Below, one piece after another: positions 10,377 through 20,995 of a stretch of 31,135 nt of DNA (within the stretch, counting starts at the first letter, position 1; every line of letters begins with the position of its first letter). The position numbers were made by a program, and so were the translations under genes. Source of the stretch: a virus (taxonomy: Duplodnaviria > Heunggongvirae > Uroviricota > Caudoviricetes); IMG/VR virus record IMGVR_UViG_644736359_000006. One strand, written 5' to 3'. The notes beneath the pieces are model-generated. The model searched no databases. It was not told where the DNA came from and worked only from the letters and a program-made list of their open reading frames with translations.

Positions 10377-10529
10377 GCCTGTGTCCATATTACGTGGGTA
10401 GGATCAATTCACCTAAATACGAGGCATTGCTGTAGTTGAATTGCATTGCTGTATTAGCCTGACAGTGACAGAATACGATATTGACTCTGTCACTTGTGAA
10501 ATGGTCAGAATGGTTAGCAGTTATGGTGA

Positions 10530-10736
10530 TCAGTCAACCACCAGGGAATAATCCTTCGTATTCTTATCGTGCTTTACTAACGCGGCCTCAATTGCCCTGA
10601 ATGCTTCCAGAGACACTTGATGTTCTATACATGCAATTACAACATCCGGGTAACCCATCGAAATGGTGCTATTAAGCATAGTTTTTACACGAACCTGCTC
10701 CTGGGAGGGGGCATCAGTGTATTGATCTTTATGCAT
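10530..10736 (-). CDS. Hypothetical protein
   Basis: 68-aa ORF only; no motif recognised. Confidence 0.3.
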   Translation of the reverse strand: MHKDQYTDAPSQEQVRVKTMLNSTISMGYPDVVIACIEHQVSLEAFRAIEAALVKHDKNTKDYSLVVD

Positions 10737-11031
10737 TTTGTCGCTCCATGCGTTTGCTCTTCACTTACGGCTAAAAATATAACGTCAAATCACTCAGCAT
10801 GAAAGAGTGAAAGATTCAGCGCGTTTCCCTTACATAATCTGTCGTTTGTATTCTCTTCAGGCATACCGGAAAGACTAGGTATTGTCACACAACCAATACC
10901 ATCGACAATCGAGATTTATACCTATTCGGTAATGTTTAAATATAACAAAACCCCGTAAAAACGAGGTTTATGGGTAATTTGTATTGTTGAATAGCATCTG
11001 ATGAGAAATTGATGCTAATACTATAAACAGA

Positions 11032-11205
11032 CTAGATTAAATCAATCTTGATATCATAGCTTTCAAGACCAGTCATTTTTTCCCGTGCAGTAAACTGGAT
11101 ACTGGTAACTTCTTTCCCGGTCTTTTTCTTAAGCTCAATGATTTTTTTTGTTATATATTCAGAAATATCTGCTTCTGTTTTTGTTTTTAACTCTTCAATG
11201 TTCAT
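11032..11205 (-). CDS. gnsB: GnsA/GnsB-family small protein
   Basis: 57-aa product MNIEELKTKTEADISEYITKKIIELKKKTGKEVTSIQFTAREKMTGLESYDIKIDLI; GAGG RBS; start set at the second ATG. Confidence 0.75.
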   Translation of the reverse strand: MNIEELKTKTEADISEYITKKIIELKKKTGKEVTSIQFTAREKMTGLESYDIKIDLI

Positions 11206-11377
11206 CATTTCCTCTTTTAGTCTGTTATGACTTTCCTGGTACACAGTAGTGTCAATTATATGGAGCAAACGTATAAAAGATAAGATGAAACATCGCAATA
11301 ATCAACATACGACGGTCTAAATTTCACACAAACAGATAAAGATGATTATCATTTATTATCAATGCATTAGAATCAAA

Positions 11378-11647
11378 TCAATTCAAGAGTCTCATTGCTG
11401 CTTCCAGAATTTCTTCTGAAGTTACATGTCGATCCGCTGCTACATAAATGACTTTATGATCTCCGGTCAGAGATGGAAACCCTGCAGCCATTACAGTGAG
11501 GTGTGTTGTTTCGCCATTTGGATATTCACGCATGATGGTGTTAACTCCGGTCATCACTGGCACTACCATTGCTGGTTCAGAGTTAAAAAAAACTATTATT
11601 TTTTTCATAATGTTACCGTAATATGTGAGTATCCATCGACTAGACAC
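11378..11647 (-). CDS. Hypothetical protein at the ynfN position
   Basis: ORF only; start codon uncertain (internal MKKIIVFF... possible); no strong RBS. Confidence 0.3.
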   Translation of the reverse strand: MSSRWILTYYGNIMKKIIVFFNSEPAMVVPVMTGVNTIMREYPNGETTHLTVMAAGFPSLTGDHKVIYVAADRHVTSEEILEAAMRLLN

Positions 11648-11652
11648 TAAGC

Positions 11653-11672
11653 AAAAAAGCTCCCGAAGGAGC
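11653..11672 (-). terminator. Candidate rho-independent terminator downstream of cspI
   Basis: Stem gctcc/ggagc with cgaa loop, followed on the minus strand by UUUUUU. Confidence 0.4.
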
Positions 11673-11879
11673 CTTCATTTTCACTTTCTTAAATCTAACG
11701 ACAGACGGCTAACATTTAAGTATTGTGAAATATTATCAAATGTAATCATCATTGATTTACAAAAGATACATTTTGCCCCGAAAGGATTCCTGTCAGAAAC
11801 ATCAAAAGATGATGTTCTATACTGAGAACCATGGCAACACGGGCATCTAAAGTGAATATGGTTTGTAATATTTTCTACC

Positions 11880-12092
11880 TCAAAGTGCCACAACATGAAC
11901 AGCCGCGGGGCCTTTAGGTCCGTTCTCAATACCAAATTCGACTTCCTGATTCTCAGTTAACGTTTTGAAATCGTTGCTCTGAATAGCTGAGAAATGGACA
12001 AACACATCTTTGCTACCATCTTTCGGCGTGATGAAACCAAAACCTTTTTCAGGGTTAAACCATTTCACTAAACCAGTCATTTTGTTAGACAT
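11880..12092 (-). CDS. cspI: CspA-family cold shock protein
   Basis: 70-aa product [38 protein letters not shown]... with RNP1/RNP2 motifs; long AT-rich 5' leader upstream. Confidence 0.85.
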   Translation of the reverse strand: MSNKMTGLVKWFNPEKGFGFITPKDGSKDVFVHFSAIQSNDFKTLTENQEVEFGIENGPKGPAAVHVVAL

Positions 12093-12455
12093 CATTATTA
12101 CCTTTTGAAGAAGTTAGCCCTTGGGCAGAATGGTCCGAAAAAAAATATCAGAGAGAAAAACCAACAAGGAAATCTCAAGAGGTACAAATAATAAAATTAT
12201 AACAATGACTGCTTCAGATAATTTTGTAACAAACCAGAACACCATTAACGCATGATTAACCAACCATAGCAAGGATTACTTTTGTAAAGAAAAACACACG
12301 AATGAAACAATAGCTTTATTTATTAATAAAACGTGTCATTCTGTCTAATGACCTTTTATCTTACCCTTAAGATTTCAAGGATTTTGACTCATGGAAGAGT
12401 CCTTTTTATTTAAATTTCACATTCAGCGCTAAAAATAATCCGATTTAATATTAAT

Positions 12456-13483
<1,028 letters not shown>

Positions 13484-13596
13484 GGATATTTATCAGGATT
13501 TATCGGCTTCAAATCCCCGGATATGTTAAATCTTACCTCATCAGTGATGGGCACTGGCGGGAGGAGGATGTCAATCTGATAAACACAGAGGCGACT

Positions 13597-13857
13597 ATGG
13601 ATTACACAAATCTACCAAAACAAACTTTTGCTGATTTAATCGCACTCAGGCAAGCAGTCGTAGCTCTAATCAACTTGTTGCCGGAGAAGGAAAAGGAATT
13701 AGTTAAAGCGCTTCTTAACAGAACTGCCGCCGATTTTTCATCATATCCACTGACAGATGACCTTGCGGACCTTCCTGAATTAATTGCAGCGTCCGCCAAT
13801 AAGCTTACTGAAGAGATTTACCCTCCTCAAAAATCTTCACAAAATTCCTGCGAGTAA
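13597..13857 (+). CDS. Hypothetical protein, opposite strand to the lysis genes
   Basis: 86-aa ORF with GAGG RBS 6 nt upstream of ATG; 3' end overlaps the convergent 183-aa gene; could be a shadow ORF. Confidence 0.3.
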   Translation: MDYTNLPKQTFADLIALRQAVVALINLLPEKEKELVKALLNRTAADFSSYPLTDDLADLPELIAASANKLTEEIYPPQKSSQNSCE

Positions 13858-14356
13858 CTTCAATGCAATAATCGTAAAACGCCGCAAACTGCTCATCGCG
13901 GCGTTTTTTTTCATCTTCAGAAGGAATCAGCACCGACAATTTTTTATTCAGATCAGCGACGCTGCCCTCCAGTTTTTCAATGGGCGATTCAATATCATCT
14001 TTTTCTGACCGCAATGCCGTCGGTGGCGTCTTCAGAGAACCAGTAATTCTTCCCGGTAGCTTTCCTTTGTAGGTTATCCACACATTCTGCGCCTCTAAAA
14101 TTATGGGGCGCTTTTCCGGCGACTGCTCATCCCCTTCACATAACCCGGCAGCAACATCCAGGAAGACCTGTCTGATGCTCCTTCTGGCTGCTGCCTCATA
14201 AAACTCCAGCGCAGCTCCTTCAACACGGTCCATGGCGACATCCAGGCCAAAAATTTCACCGTCAAAGCGTTCTTTGTCCTGTAAGGCTACAGTTACCGTA
14301 ACTTTATTCTCAAAATTACGGACTCCTTTCACAACCAGTTCATAGTCTTGAGTCAT
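13805..14356 (-). CDS. Uncharacterised protein between holin and endolysin (ydfR position)
   Basis: 183-aa acidic ORF; GAGGAGAG RBS; starts 5 nt after the holin stop; no TM segment or signal peptide. Confidence 0.5.
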   Translation of the reverse strand: MTQDYELVVKGVRNFENKVTVTVALQDKERFDGEIFGLDVAMDRVEGAALEFYEAAARRSIRQVFLDVAAGLCEGDEQSPEKRPIILEAQNVWITYKGKLPGRITGSLKTPPTALRSEKDDIESPIEKLEGSVADLNKKLSVLIPSEDEKKRRDEQFAAFYDYCIEVTRRNFVKIFEEGKSLQ

Positions 14357-14360
14357 TGGA

Positions 14361-14576
14361 TTACTCTCCTCTCGCAGCCTTACGCCTGTCTTCTTTAATC
14401 TTGAAATAAAGATTTGTCAGATACGTCAGCATGCCAAATACCAGACTACCCAATACACCTATTGCCGCCCACTGTGAGGGCGTGACTTTATCGAGCAACT
14501 GTAAAAACCAGTAGCCAGCACTGCCTGCAGAGGTGCTGTAGGCGATGCCCGTTGTTAACTTATCCATGGATTTCAT
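14361..14576 (-). CDS. essQ: Class II pinholin, phage 21 S-like
   Basis: 71-aa product [71 protein letters not shown] with dual-start motif MKSM; GGAGGTGA RBS. Confidence 0.85.
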   Translation of the reverse strand: MKSMDKLTTGIAYSTSAGSAGYWFLQLLDKVTPSQWAAIGVLGSLVFGMLTYLTNLYFKIKEDRRKAARGE

Positions 14577-14666
14577 AGCCTCACCTCCGCAGATAACGGA
14601 TGGTGTACACGGTTTGGTTCGAAGAAGGAAAGAAGTTACATTAGCGTAAGGCCCGAACATCTATTC

Positions 14667-14697
14667 AAAAAGAAAAACGCCAGCAATTATTCTGGCG
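14667..14697 (-). terminator. Rho-independent terminator between AraC-family gene and holin
   Basis: Stem cgccag/ctggcg with 8-nt loop, followed on the minus strand by UUUUUCUUUUU. Confidence 0.55.
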
Positions 14698-14766
14698 TAG
14701 CTAAAAATATCGTATAATCTTACACTTCAAAAAATAACTTTATAAAATGCCATCACATCATATCTT

Positions 14767-15489
14767 CTAAGAAAATCTTGATAAATATTGGTGCGGAGGC
14801 ACACCAAAATATCCTCTAAAAACACTTACAAAATATGATGCATTGTCATACCCGCATATTCCCGCCACCTTGCCGACAGTATGGTTACTGTAGATCAATA
14901 ATCTTTGCGCCATCATCATTCGTTCTTCAAGAATTAATTTACTAAACGATAACCCTTCGTCTTTTAATTTTCTTTTTAACAAACTCTCGCTCATATATAA
15001 TCTTGAAGATATATCACAAAGTCTCCATGACGCTGAGATATCCGAGTGAATAATAGCCTTAACTTTACAACCTAAGCTATTAAGACTTCCGAACAAAAAA
15101 CTTTGCACTATTTTCTCTGAAGATAAGACAGCAAGACATGCAAGTGATATTTGATTTCTAACTACATCCACGGTTTTGCTATCACAATTCAAGCATGCAA
15201 CCAAGTTCTTTAACAATGAAAAATCTTCACATTCTACTATCAAGTATGACGGATAAAACCTTCTTACAGAAAAAGGTGAGAGTGTGTAGTTTTTAAAGAA
15301 ATCATTAACTGTTTTCTCCTCAACATCTACGATCATTAGATGATCTGTATTTGACGAAAAAAGATCTTTTAAATTGTATTCAATGAGGACAGCATTTCCT
15401 TTTTTAAACAAAATATCTTCTTTACCAATTCGGACACCAAACGAGTTCAACACCAAAATGATAGAACATATGTATGGCATATTATCCAC
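14767..15489 (-). CDS. AraC/XylS-family transcriptional regulator, AppY/Rns-like
   Basis: 240-aa ORF with C-terminal AraC-type HTH (...GKVAGICGYDNASYFVSVFRGYFGVPPHQY); AT-rich coding sequence suggests foreign origin. Confidence 0.75.
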   Translation of the reverse strand: MDNMPYICSIILVLNSFGVRIGKEDILFKKGNAVLIEYNLKDLFSSNTDHLMIVDVEEKTVNDFFKNYTLSPFSVRRFYPSYLIVECEDFSLLKNLVACLNCDSKTVDVVRNQISLACLAVLSSEKIVQSFLFGSLNSLGCKVKAIIHSDISASWRLCDISSRLYMSESLLKRKLKDEGLSFSKLILEERMMMAQRLLIYSNHTVGKVAGICGYDNASYFVSVFRGYFGVPPHQYLSRFS

Positions 15490-16758
15490 CTGATATCATT
15501 GGGGTTACACCAGGTAAGTATAGGTGGAAAATCAATATTCGCCAGTTCAACAATAAGGAAAATCTCATTGCATCACAACTATAAAACCATGTGTTTAACT
15601 CACAAAAAACAAATCATTAAACTAATCTGTTATATTATAATAGCTGCGTGCAATAATAATATTATATGCTCTTAATATTCACTTGAAATATCTTCATATA
15701 AAAACAGATTGAATAAAATCTTTTGGGGCTGGTATGTTTACCAACATTAAATTGCATCTCAATGTTTTCTTTAGCGTGAACAGGATTTTTATAAAAACTG
15801 ACACTATGAGCATCATAGCGTAGTTTTTACGATTGTAAATATCCTGCATACAGGAACTCATCACTTTCAGATGATATCGCATACAGTTAATTCACCATCA
15901 GTCTTAGAGCCAGTTCTTCCGGATAGGGATCGAAGTAATTCTGTGTAAGCAAGTAATCATTAGGATACTCACCCAGATAATGCTTCAGCAGAGTCAACGG
16001 CGCAAGAAGAGGCAATGTGCCAAAGCGATAGTTAAGTATAACCTCGCTCAACTCTTTACGCTGGCGTGTGCTTAAGTAATTACTAAAATACCCCTGTATA
16101 TGCATCAGCACATTCGTGTGATTTTTACGTGATGCTGGTTTTCTGAGAATCGCCATCAGATTATCACGATACACCTCAAAGTATGATTCAAGGTCCGCCC
16201 ACTCGTGTATTGCAGCCACAAATGGTCCCATATCTTTATAGCCTGCCTGGCTATGCGCCAACAACTGAAGCTTATAACGACTATGAAAAGCTAATAACTC
16301 TCTTCTTGATAATTTCTCCTTGTAAAGGTGATTGAGCTCATCCAAAGCAAAAACTCTTTCAATAAAATTCTCACGAAGCACTGGATCATGTAATCGCCCA
16401 TCCTCTTCAACCGGTAGCCAGGAAAACTTTTCCATCAAAGTGCTCGTAAATAGTCCCACTCCATCTTTACGACCTCGATTACCATTTTCATCATAGACAC
16501 GCACGCGCTCCATGCCACAGCTGGGAGATTTAGCACAAACCACAAACCCCGATACATCCTTTAATTTGTCCATATAAGAACGACTAAACTCTGTCATTCT
16601 CTCTGTCACATCCTCATTCTGGTCGTGGCTGAAACACATCCGTATATTTCCTTGCTTCGAGCGCACAAGTCGTAGAGCAGGACGCGGAACTGGCAGCCCT
16701 ATTGATCTTACCCAGCAATAGTGGACACGCGGCTAAGTGAGTAAACTCTCAGTCAGAG

Positions 16759-17067
16759 GTGACTCACATGACAAAAACAGTATCAACCAGTAAAAAACCC
16801 CGTAAACAGCATTCGCCTGAATTTCGCAGTGAAGCCCTGAAGCTTGCTGAACGCATCGGTGTTACTGCCGCAGCCCGTGAACTCAGCCTGTATGAATCAC
16901 AACTCTACAACTGGCGCAGTAAACAGCAAAATCAGCAGACGTCTTCTGAACGTGAACTGGAGATGTCTACCGAGATTGCACGTCTCAAACGCCAGCTGGC
17001 AGAACGGGATGAAGAGCTGGCTATCCTCCAAAAGGCCGCGACATACTTCGCGAAGCGCCTGAAATGA
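16759..17067 (+). CDS. insE: IS3 OrfA (InsE)
   Basis: Identical product to copy 1 orfA. Confidence 0.85.
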   Translation: MTHMTKTVSTSKKPRKQHSPEFRSEALKLAERIGVTAAARELSLYESQLYNWRSKQQNQQTSSERELEMSTEIARLKRQLAERDEELAILQKAATYFAKRLK

Positions 17068-17930
17068 AGTATGTCTTTATTGAAAAACATCAGGCTGAGT
17101 TCAGCATCAAAGCAATGTGCCGCGTGCTCCGGGTGGCCCGCAGCGGCTGGTATACGTGGTGTCAGCGGCGGACAAGGATAAGCACGCGTCAGCAGTTCCG
17201 CCAACACTGCGACAGCGTTGTCCTCGCGGCTTTTACCCGGTCAAAACAGCGTTACGGTGCCCCACGCCTGACGGATGAACTGCGTGCTCAGGGTTACCCC
17301 TTTAACGTAAAAACCGTGGCGGCAAGCCTGCGCCGTCAGGGACTGAGGGCAAAGGCCTCCCGGAAGTTCAGCCCGGTCAGCTACCGCGCACACGGCCTGC
17401 CTGTGTCAGAAAATCTGTTGGAGCAGGATTTTTACGCCAGTGGCCCGAACCAGAAGTGGGCAGGAGACATCACGTACTTACGTACAGATGAAGGCTGGCT
17501 GTATCTGGCAGTGGTCATTGACCTGTGGTCACGTGCCGTTATTGGCTGGTCAATGTCGCCACGCATGACGGCGCAACTGGCCTGCGATGCCCTGCAGATG
17601 GCGCTGTGGCGGCGTAAGAGGCCCCGGAACGTTATCGTTCACACGGACCGTGGAGGCCAGTACTGTTCAGCAGATTATCAGGCGCAACTGAAGCGGCATA
17701 ATCTGCGTGGAAGTATGAGCGCAAAAGGTTGCTGCTACGATAATGCCTGCGTGGAAAGCTTCTTTCATTCGCTGAAAGTGGAATGTATCCATGGAGAACA
17801 CTTTATCAGCCGGGAAATAATGCGGGCAACGGTGTTTAATTATATCGAATGTGATTACAATCGGTGGCGGCGGCACAGTTGGTGTGGCGGCCTCAGTCCG
17901 GAACAATTTGAAAACCAGAACCTCGCTTAG
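17064..17930 (+). CDS. insF: IS3 OrfB (InsF)
   Basis: As copy 1 but ...EQFENQNLA instead of ...EQFENKNLA. Confidence 0.85.
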   Translation: MKYVFIEKHQAEFSIKAMCRVLRVARSGWYTWCQRRTRISTRQQFRQHCDSVVLAAFTRSKQRYGAPRLTDELRAQGYPFNVKTVAASLRRQGLRAKASRKFSPVSYRAHGLPVSENLLEQDFYASGPNQKWAGDITYLRTDEGWLYLAVVIDLWSRAVIGWSMSPRMTAQLACDALQMALWRRKRPRNVIVHTDRGGQYCSADYQAQLKRHNLRGSMSAKGCCYDNACVESFFHSLKVECIHGEHFISREIMRATVFNYIECDYNRWRRHSWCGGLSPEQFENQNLA

Positions 17931-18299
17931 GCCTGTGTCCATATTACGTGGGTAGGATCATATAGCCATTTCCGGACATACTGGTCTGAATGTTACCCAT
18001 TCCACTAATTTGTCCATTAAAAAGTCATCTCTTTTGTGACCACCATCAAAACGAACAGCAGAACCGCCCAAACAACCGCTGATCCCAATCACAGGTTTTT
18101 TTATCATTTCCTCCCCCTTGACTAATTCATTAACACATAAACTTTGTAGTGCACGGACTAAATTGCCTTTCTGGCTTCATCACTGACAATTTTTCTGTTA
18201 TTGACTATTCCTAATATAGTAGGAAAGTTCTTTAAGTGATCGGTCGTACTCATCTATCTTTCATACTTACTCTCAACTATCAAAAGTACAGGATTTATT

Positions 18300-18824
18300 A
18301 TGAAGTTATGGCCTGTGTTGACTGGCATTGCACTCTCTTTCACTCTTATAGCATGTAAGGCTCCGACACCACCTAAAGGTGTGCAGCCGATTACAAATTT
18401 TGACGCCAACCGCTACCTCGGAAAATGGTATGAAATAGCTCGCCTCGAGAACTGGTTCGAACGTGGTCTGGAACAGGTCAGCGCTACTTATGAAAAACGG
18501 AACGACGGAGGGATTCGCGTACTTAACCGTGGATACGATCCAACGAAAAACAAATGGAGCGAGAGCGAAGGTAAAGCATACTTTACTGGAGATACTAAAA
18601 CTGCAGCGTTGAAAGTTTCGTTTTTTGGCCCCTTCTATGGTGGCTATAATGTAATCAAACTGGATGATGAGTATAAGTATGCTCTTGTCAGTGGTCCGAA
18701 CAGAGAATACCTATGGATTCTGGCAAGGACCCAAACTATTCCAGATAATGTAAAAGCAGACTATGTGCGTACCGCTCAAAAGTTGGGATTCAATGTCAAT
18801 GAACTATTATGGGTTAAACAATAA
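18300..18824 (+). CDS. blc: Bacterial lipocalin Blc-like outer-membrane lipoprotein
   Basis: 174-aa ORF with lipoprotein signal (LIAC) and lipocalin motifs ...FDANRYLGKWYEIARLE...KVSFFGPFYGGYNVI...; diverged from chromosomal Blc (judged from memory, not aligned). Confidence 0.8.
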   Translation: MKLWPVLTGIALSFTLIACKAPTPPKGVQPITNFDANRYLGKWYEIARLENWFERGLEQVSATYEKRNDGGIRVLNRGYDPTKNKWSESEGKAYFTGDTKTAALKVSFFGPFYGGYNVIKLDDEYKYALVSGPNREYLWILARTQTIPDNVKADYVRTAQKLGFNVNELLWVKQ

Positions 18825-18979
18825 AATCCCCACCCGAAATGATACTTATTAGAAAAAAACCAGCCTTTGGGGAGGCTGGCTAAATCAGGAAATAAGCTGT
18901 TATATGATAATAACTACGTTGCGATTCCAACATTTAAAATGTTAGACTAATGAAAATCAGACAGCAACTTTTCCTTTAA

Positions 18980-19372
18980 TTATTTCGAACAATCAGCATC
19001 CATCTCCAATCGGAGATCCAACACCATCAGCATGCCCTCCACTACGCCCTCAGCTTTCTGGAGCATCCTGCCAACCCAACAATCAGATCGCCCATGCTTA
19101 CGTGCAAGCGCCATAAAAGTCATGCCGCCGACATAATAGTCCACCAATAAATCATGTAAATCGCTGTTGTTTTTTTTCAGGCGAGCCATACATTCACAAA
19201 TGATCATCGCGTCATCGTCACAGCATTGCGGACGAGATCTTACTTTTGAAGGAATTAATCCCTTAAAACCGGCGGCAATGGACGACCAGGTCACATCTTC
19301 ATGATTATTAGCCGCCCATGCCCCCCAACGCTCAAGAACCATCTGAATATCACGCATCAACTTACTCCACAA
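18980..19372 (-). CDS. quuQ: Late-gene antiterminator Q (QuuD/QuuQ family)
   Basis: ORF ...[75 protein letters not shown]...; alternative start at 19357. Confidence 0.7.
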   Translation of the reverse strand: MWSKLMRDIQMVLERWGAWAANNHEDVTWSSIAAGFKGLIPSKVRSRPQCCDDDAMIICECMARLKKNNSDLHDLLVDYYVGGMTFMALARKHGRSDCWVGRMLQKAEGVVEGMLMVLDLRLEMDADCSK

Positions 19373-19374
19373 AA

Positions 19375-20025
19375 TTAGGCCAGCACACCAATTGCCAGCG
19401 CGCGATCGATAAATCGAAAAATCAGCTCCAGTTGGGAGCCATACTTCTCTTCAAATGCCACGGTATCCGTATGCAACTCGTCGTGATGCTTTCTGCACAA
19501 AGGCAAAACAAAGAGATCATGTGCTTTGGTTCCCATTCCGCCCTGCCCGTGACCAATCAGATGATGCGGATCGTCGGCTGGCATACCGCAGCAAGCACAC
19601 GGCTGTGTCTTAACCCAGCGTGTGTATTTCTCCTTAACCCACCGGTGACGTTTAGGCAGCTTCATGAAAGATTCCGGAGACTCTGGATCAACGGTGATGC
19701 TTACCACCGTCTTTTCCTGTGATGGGTTTTGTTGCTGGTGGGCGTGAGGCAACGGTGCAAGATTTTTTGTGCGCTGTTTCAATATGCTGGTGGCGGTCTG
19801 CTCTCCCGGTACGATGTCGCTTTCGCGGTACACCGAGCAGATTTTTTCCGCTGGTAATCCCAGCGAGCGACGTAATACCGCTTCCGGTAGCGCGTCCGCC
19901 AGCTGATTGCGGACCGCCCACCAGGATACCCGGGTATTGTGGAATACCGGCATGGATTCACGGCCCGGCTTAACGACCACCAGCCCAAGTTCCGGTACCA
20001 GAACAGGTCGAAGTAATACCCGCAC
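19375..20025 (-). CDS. DUF968-like nuclease-domain protein (YdfU-like)
   Basis: C-terminal ...[46 protein letters not shown]...; N-terminal half unrecognised; GC-rich with several overlapping shadow ORFs. Confidence 0.5.
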   Translation of the reverse strand: MRVLLRPVLVPELGLVVVKPGRESMPVFHNTRVSWWAVRNQLADALPEAVLRRSLGLPAEKICSVYRESDIVPGEQTATSILKQRTKNLAPLPHAHQQQNPSQEKTVVSITVDPESPESFMKLPKRHRWVKEKYTRWVKTQPCACCGMPADDPHHLIGHGQGGMGTKAHDLFVLPLCRKHHDELHTDTVAFEEKYGSQLELIFRFIDRALAIGVLA

Positions 20026-20026
20026 G

Positions 20027-20305
20027 TTACCTCCAGATGCGTTGCTGGAATGTACGGGACGGACGCGGTGGGCGTTCGGAGTAAGGCAATCTGACTGAGA
20101 TTATCCAGTGACGGTAGTCGAGACTAAGGGCTTTCTTAACCTCGTATCCGCGCCTGCGGTAACACTGAATTATCCATTCAGCCTGCTCTTCAGTGCATGG
20201 AGGGTGTTGGAACCATTCAGACTTGAATGCGTGAGAATACCGCTCGTGCGTGCAGACAAGAACGGGCGAATTATCAGAATTGTAATATTTTACGTTGCGT
20301 GCCAT
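20027..20305 (-). CDS. Hypothetical nin-region protein
   Basis: 92-aa ORF, stop 2 nt before the DUF968 start (operon coupling). Confidence 0.4.
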   Translation of the reverse strand: MARNVKYYNSDNSPVLVCTHERYSHAFKSEWFQHPPCTEEQAEWIIQCYRRRGYEVKKALSLDYRHWIISVRLPYSERPPRPSRTFQQRIWR

Positions 20306-20371
20306 CGGTTTTCTCCGGTGGCACGGTGTTACTCAGCGGGAGTTCAGCCCCGCGCAAGATTGTAGATGAGT

Positions 20372-20623
20372 TTATTCTTCTGCAAAAGCTGAAAAGCCTG
20401 CTTTTATTCCGATCTCTTTCAGTGCCTGTAATGAAGTGACAAACTCACCTTCGCGCAAGATAAATCCGTCTGTCACTCGACCATCCACAAAATTAATTAA
20501 CGCAGCCCCATTCTTTCGCAAACACATAATGCGGTAATGACTAACAAGATTTCCATTTTCAACGCACACAGCATAGAGGCCATCTTCACAAAAATTTTTA
20601 CGCAGTTCTTCGATGTTCATCAT
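20372..20623 (-). CDS. Hypothetical protein at the rem position
   Basis: 83-aa ORF; length and position relative to hok match rem of Qin, but sequence not verified. Confidence 0.4.
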   Translation of the reverse strand: MMNIEELRKNFCEDGLYAVCVENGNLVSHYRIMCLRKNGAALINFVDGRVTDGFILREGEFVTSLQALKEIGIKAGFSAFAEE

Positions 20624-20740
20624 CAGAATCCTTCCGGATAATTAGCTCTCCCCTTTAAGGGACCATCCCTCTTATCCCTGCGCGCTACTTAAGTATTTTT
20701 GATTCTATTCCGGCACCGTCCAGAACTTCAAACGCGTTGA

Positions 20741-20769
20741 AAATAAAAACAAAAACCCGCCGAAGCGGG
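20741..20769 (-). terminator. Rho-independent terminator downstream of hok
   Basis: Stem cccgc/gcggg with cgaa loop, followed on the minus strand by UUUUUGUUUUUAUUU. Confidence 0.6.
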
Positions 20770-20839
20770 TTAAGTGCGAGTGCGTTGAGGATGCCTGCCA
20801 CATCAGAGGTGGCGAGGGATTTCTCCCTCGCCGGGTCTC

Positions 20840-20995
20840 TTACTCCTCAGGTTCGTAAGCTGTGAAGACAGCGACCTCCGTCTGGCCGGTTCGGATTCGT
20901 ACCTCGCAGAGGTCTTTCCTCGTTACCAGTGCCGTCACTATGACGGTTAAACAGATGACGATCAGGGCGATTAACATCGCCTTTTGCTGCTTCAT
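20840..20995 (-). CDS. hokD: Hok-family type I toxin
   Basis: 51-aa product MKQQKAMLIALIVICLTVIVTALVTRKDLCEVRIRTGQTEVAVFTAYEPEE; in-frame upstream extension (mok-like) in the ORF track; AAGGAGAAG RBS. Confidence 0.85.
   Translation of the reverse strand: MKQQKAMLIALIVICLTVIVTALVTRKDLCEVRIRTGQTEVAVFTAYEPEE

Larger units (their letters stand above)
9149..10406 (+). mobile_element. IS3 copy 1 (1258 bp)
   Basis: Ends TGATCTTACCCAGCAATAGTGGACACGCGG ... GGGTAGGATCA; encodes orfA/orfB; flanking triplets AAT and ATT differ, so no target-site duplication. Confidence 0.9.
16703..17960 (+). mobile_element. IS3 copy 2 (1258 bp), simple insertion
   Basis: Same ends as copy 1; flanked by 3-bp direct repeat TAT (16700-16702 and 17961-17963); at least two substitutions relative to copy 1. 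Confidence 0.9.
15887..18107 (-). pseudogene. DUF523 (TudS-like) / DUF1722 (YbgA-like) fusion gene interrupted by IS3
   Basis: Exon-like parts 18107-17961 (MIKKPVIGISGCLGGSAVRFDGG...PVCPEMAI) and 16702-15887 (GLPVPRP...CAKSPSCG...) are in frame across the IS3 with duplicated ATA codon; GGGGGAGGAA RBS at 18108-18120. Confidence 0.65.

Noticed and set aside
9378-10388. Antisense and alternative-frame ORFs within IS3 (9290-9508, 9378-9653, 10113-10388, and the same in copy 2)
   Set aside because: Overlap the well-defined orfA/orfB of IS3; no independent signals
12396-12430. Hairpin GACTC-atggaa-GAGTC followed by T-run on the plus strand
   Set aside because: Would terminate plus-strand transcription but no plus-strand gene ends here; weak 5-bp stem; probably part of the cspI upstream region
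19733-19740. Chi site GCTGGTGG (and its complement at 28929-28936)
   Set aside because: Single octamers occur frequently by chance in E. coli DNA; no evidence of functional significance here
19688-20098. Overlapping ORFs on both strands in the GC-rich DUF968-like gene
   Set aside because: No motif or RBS support; the 216-aa frame has the recognisable C-terminal nuclease-like motif and operon coupling to Q
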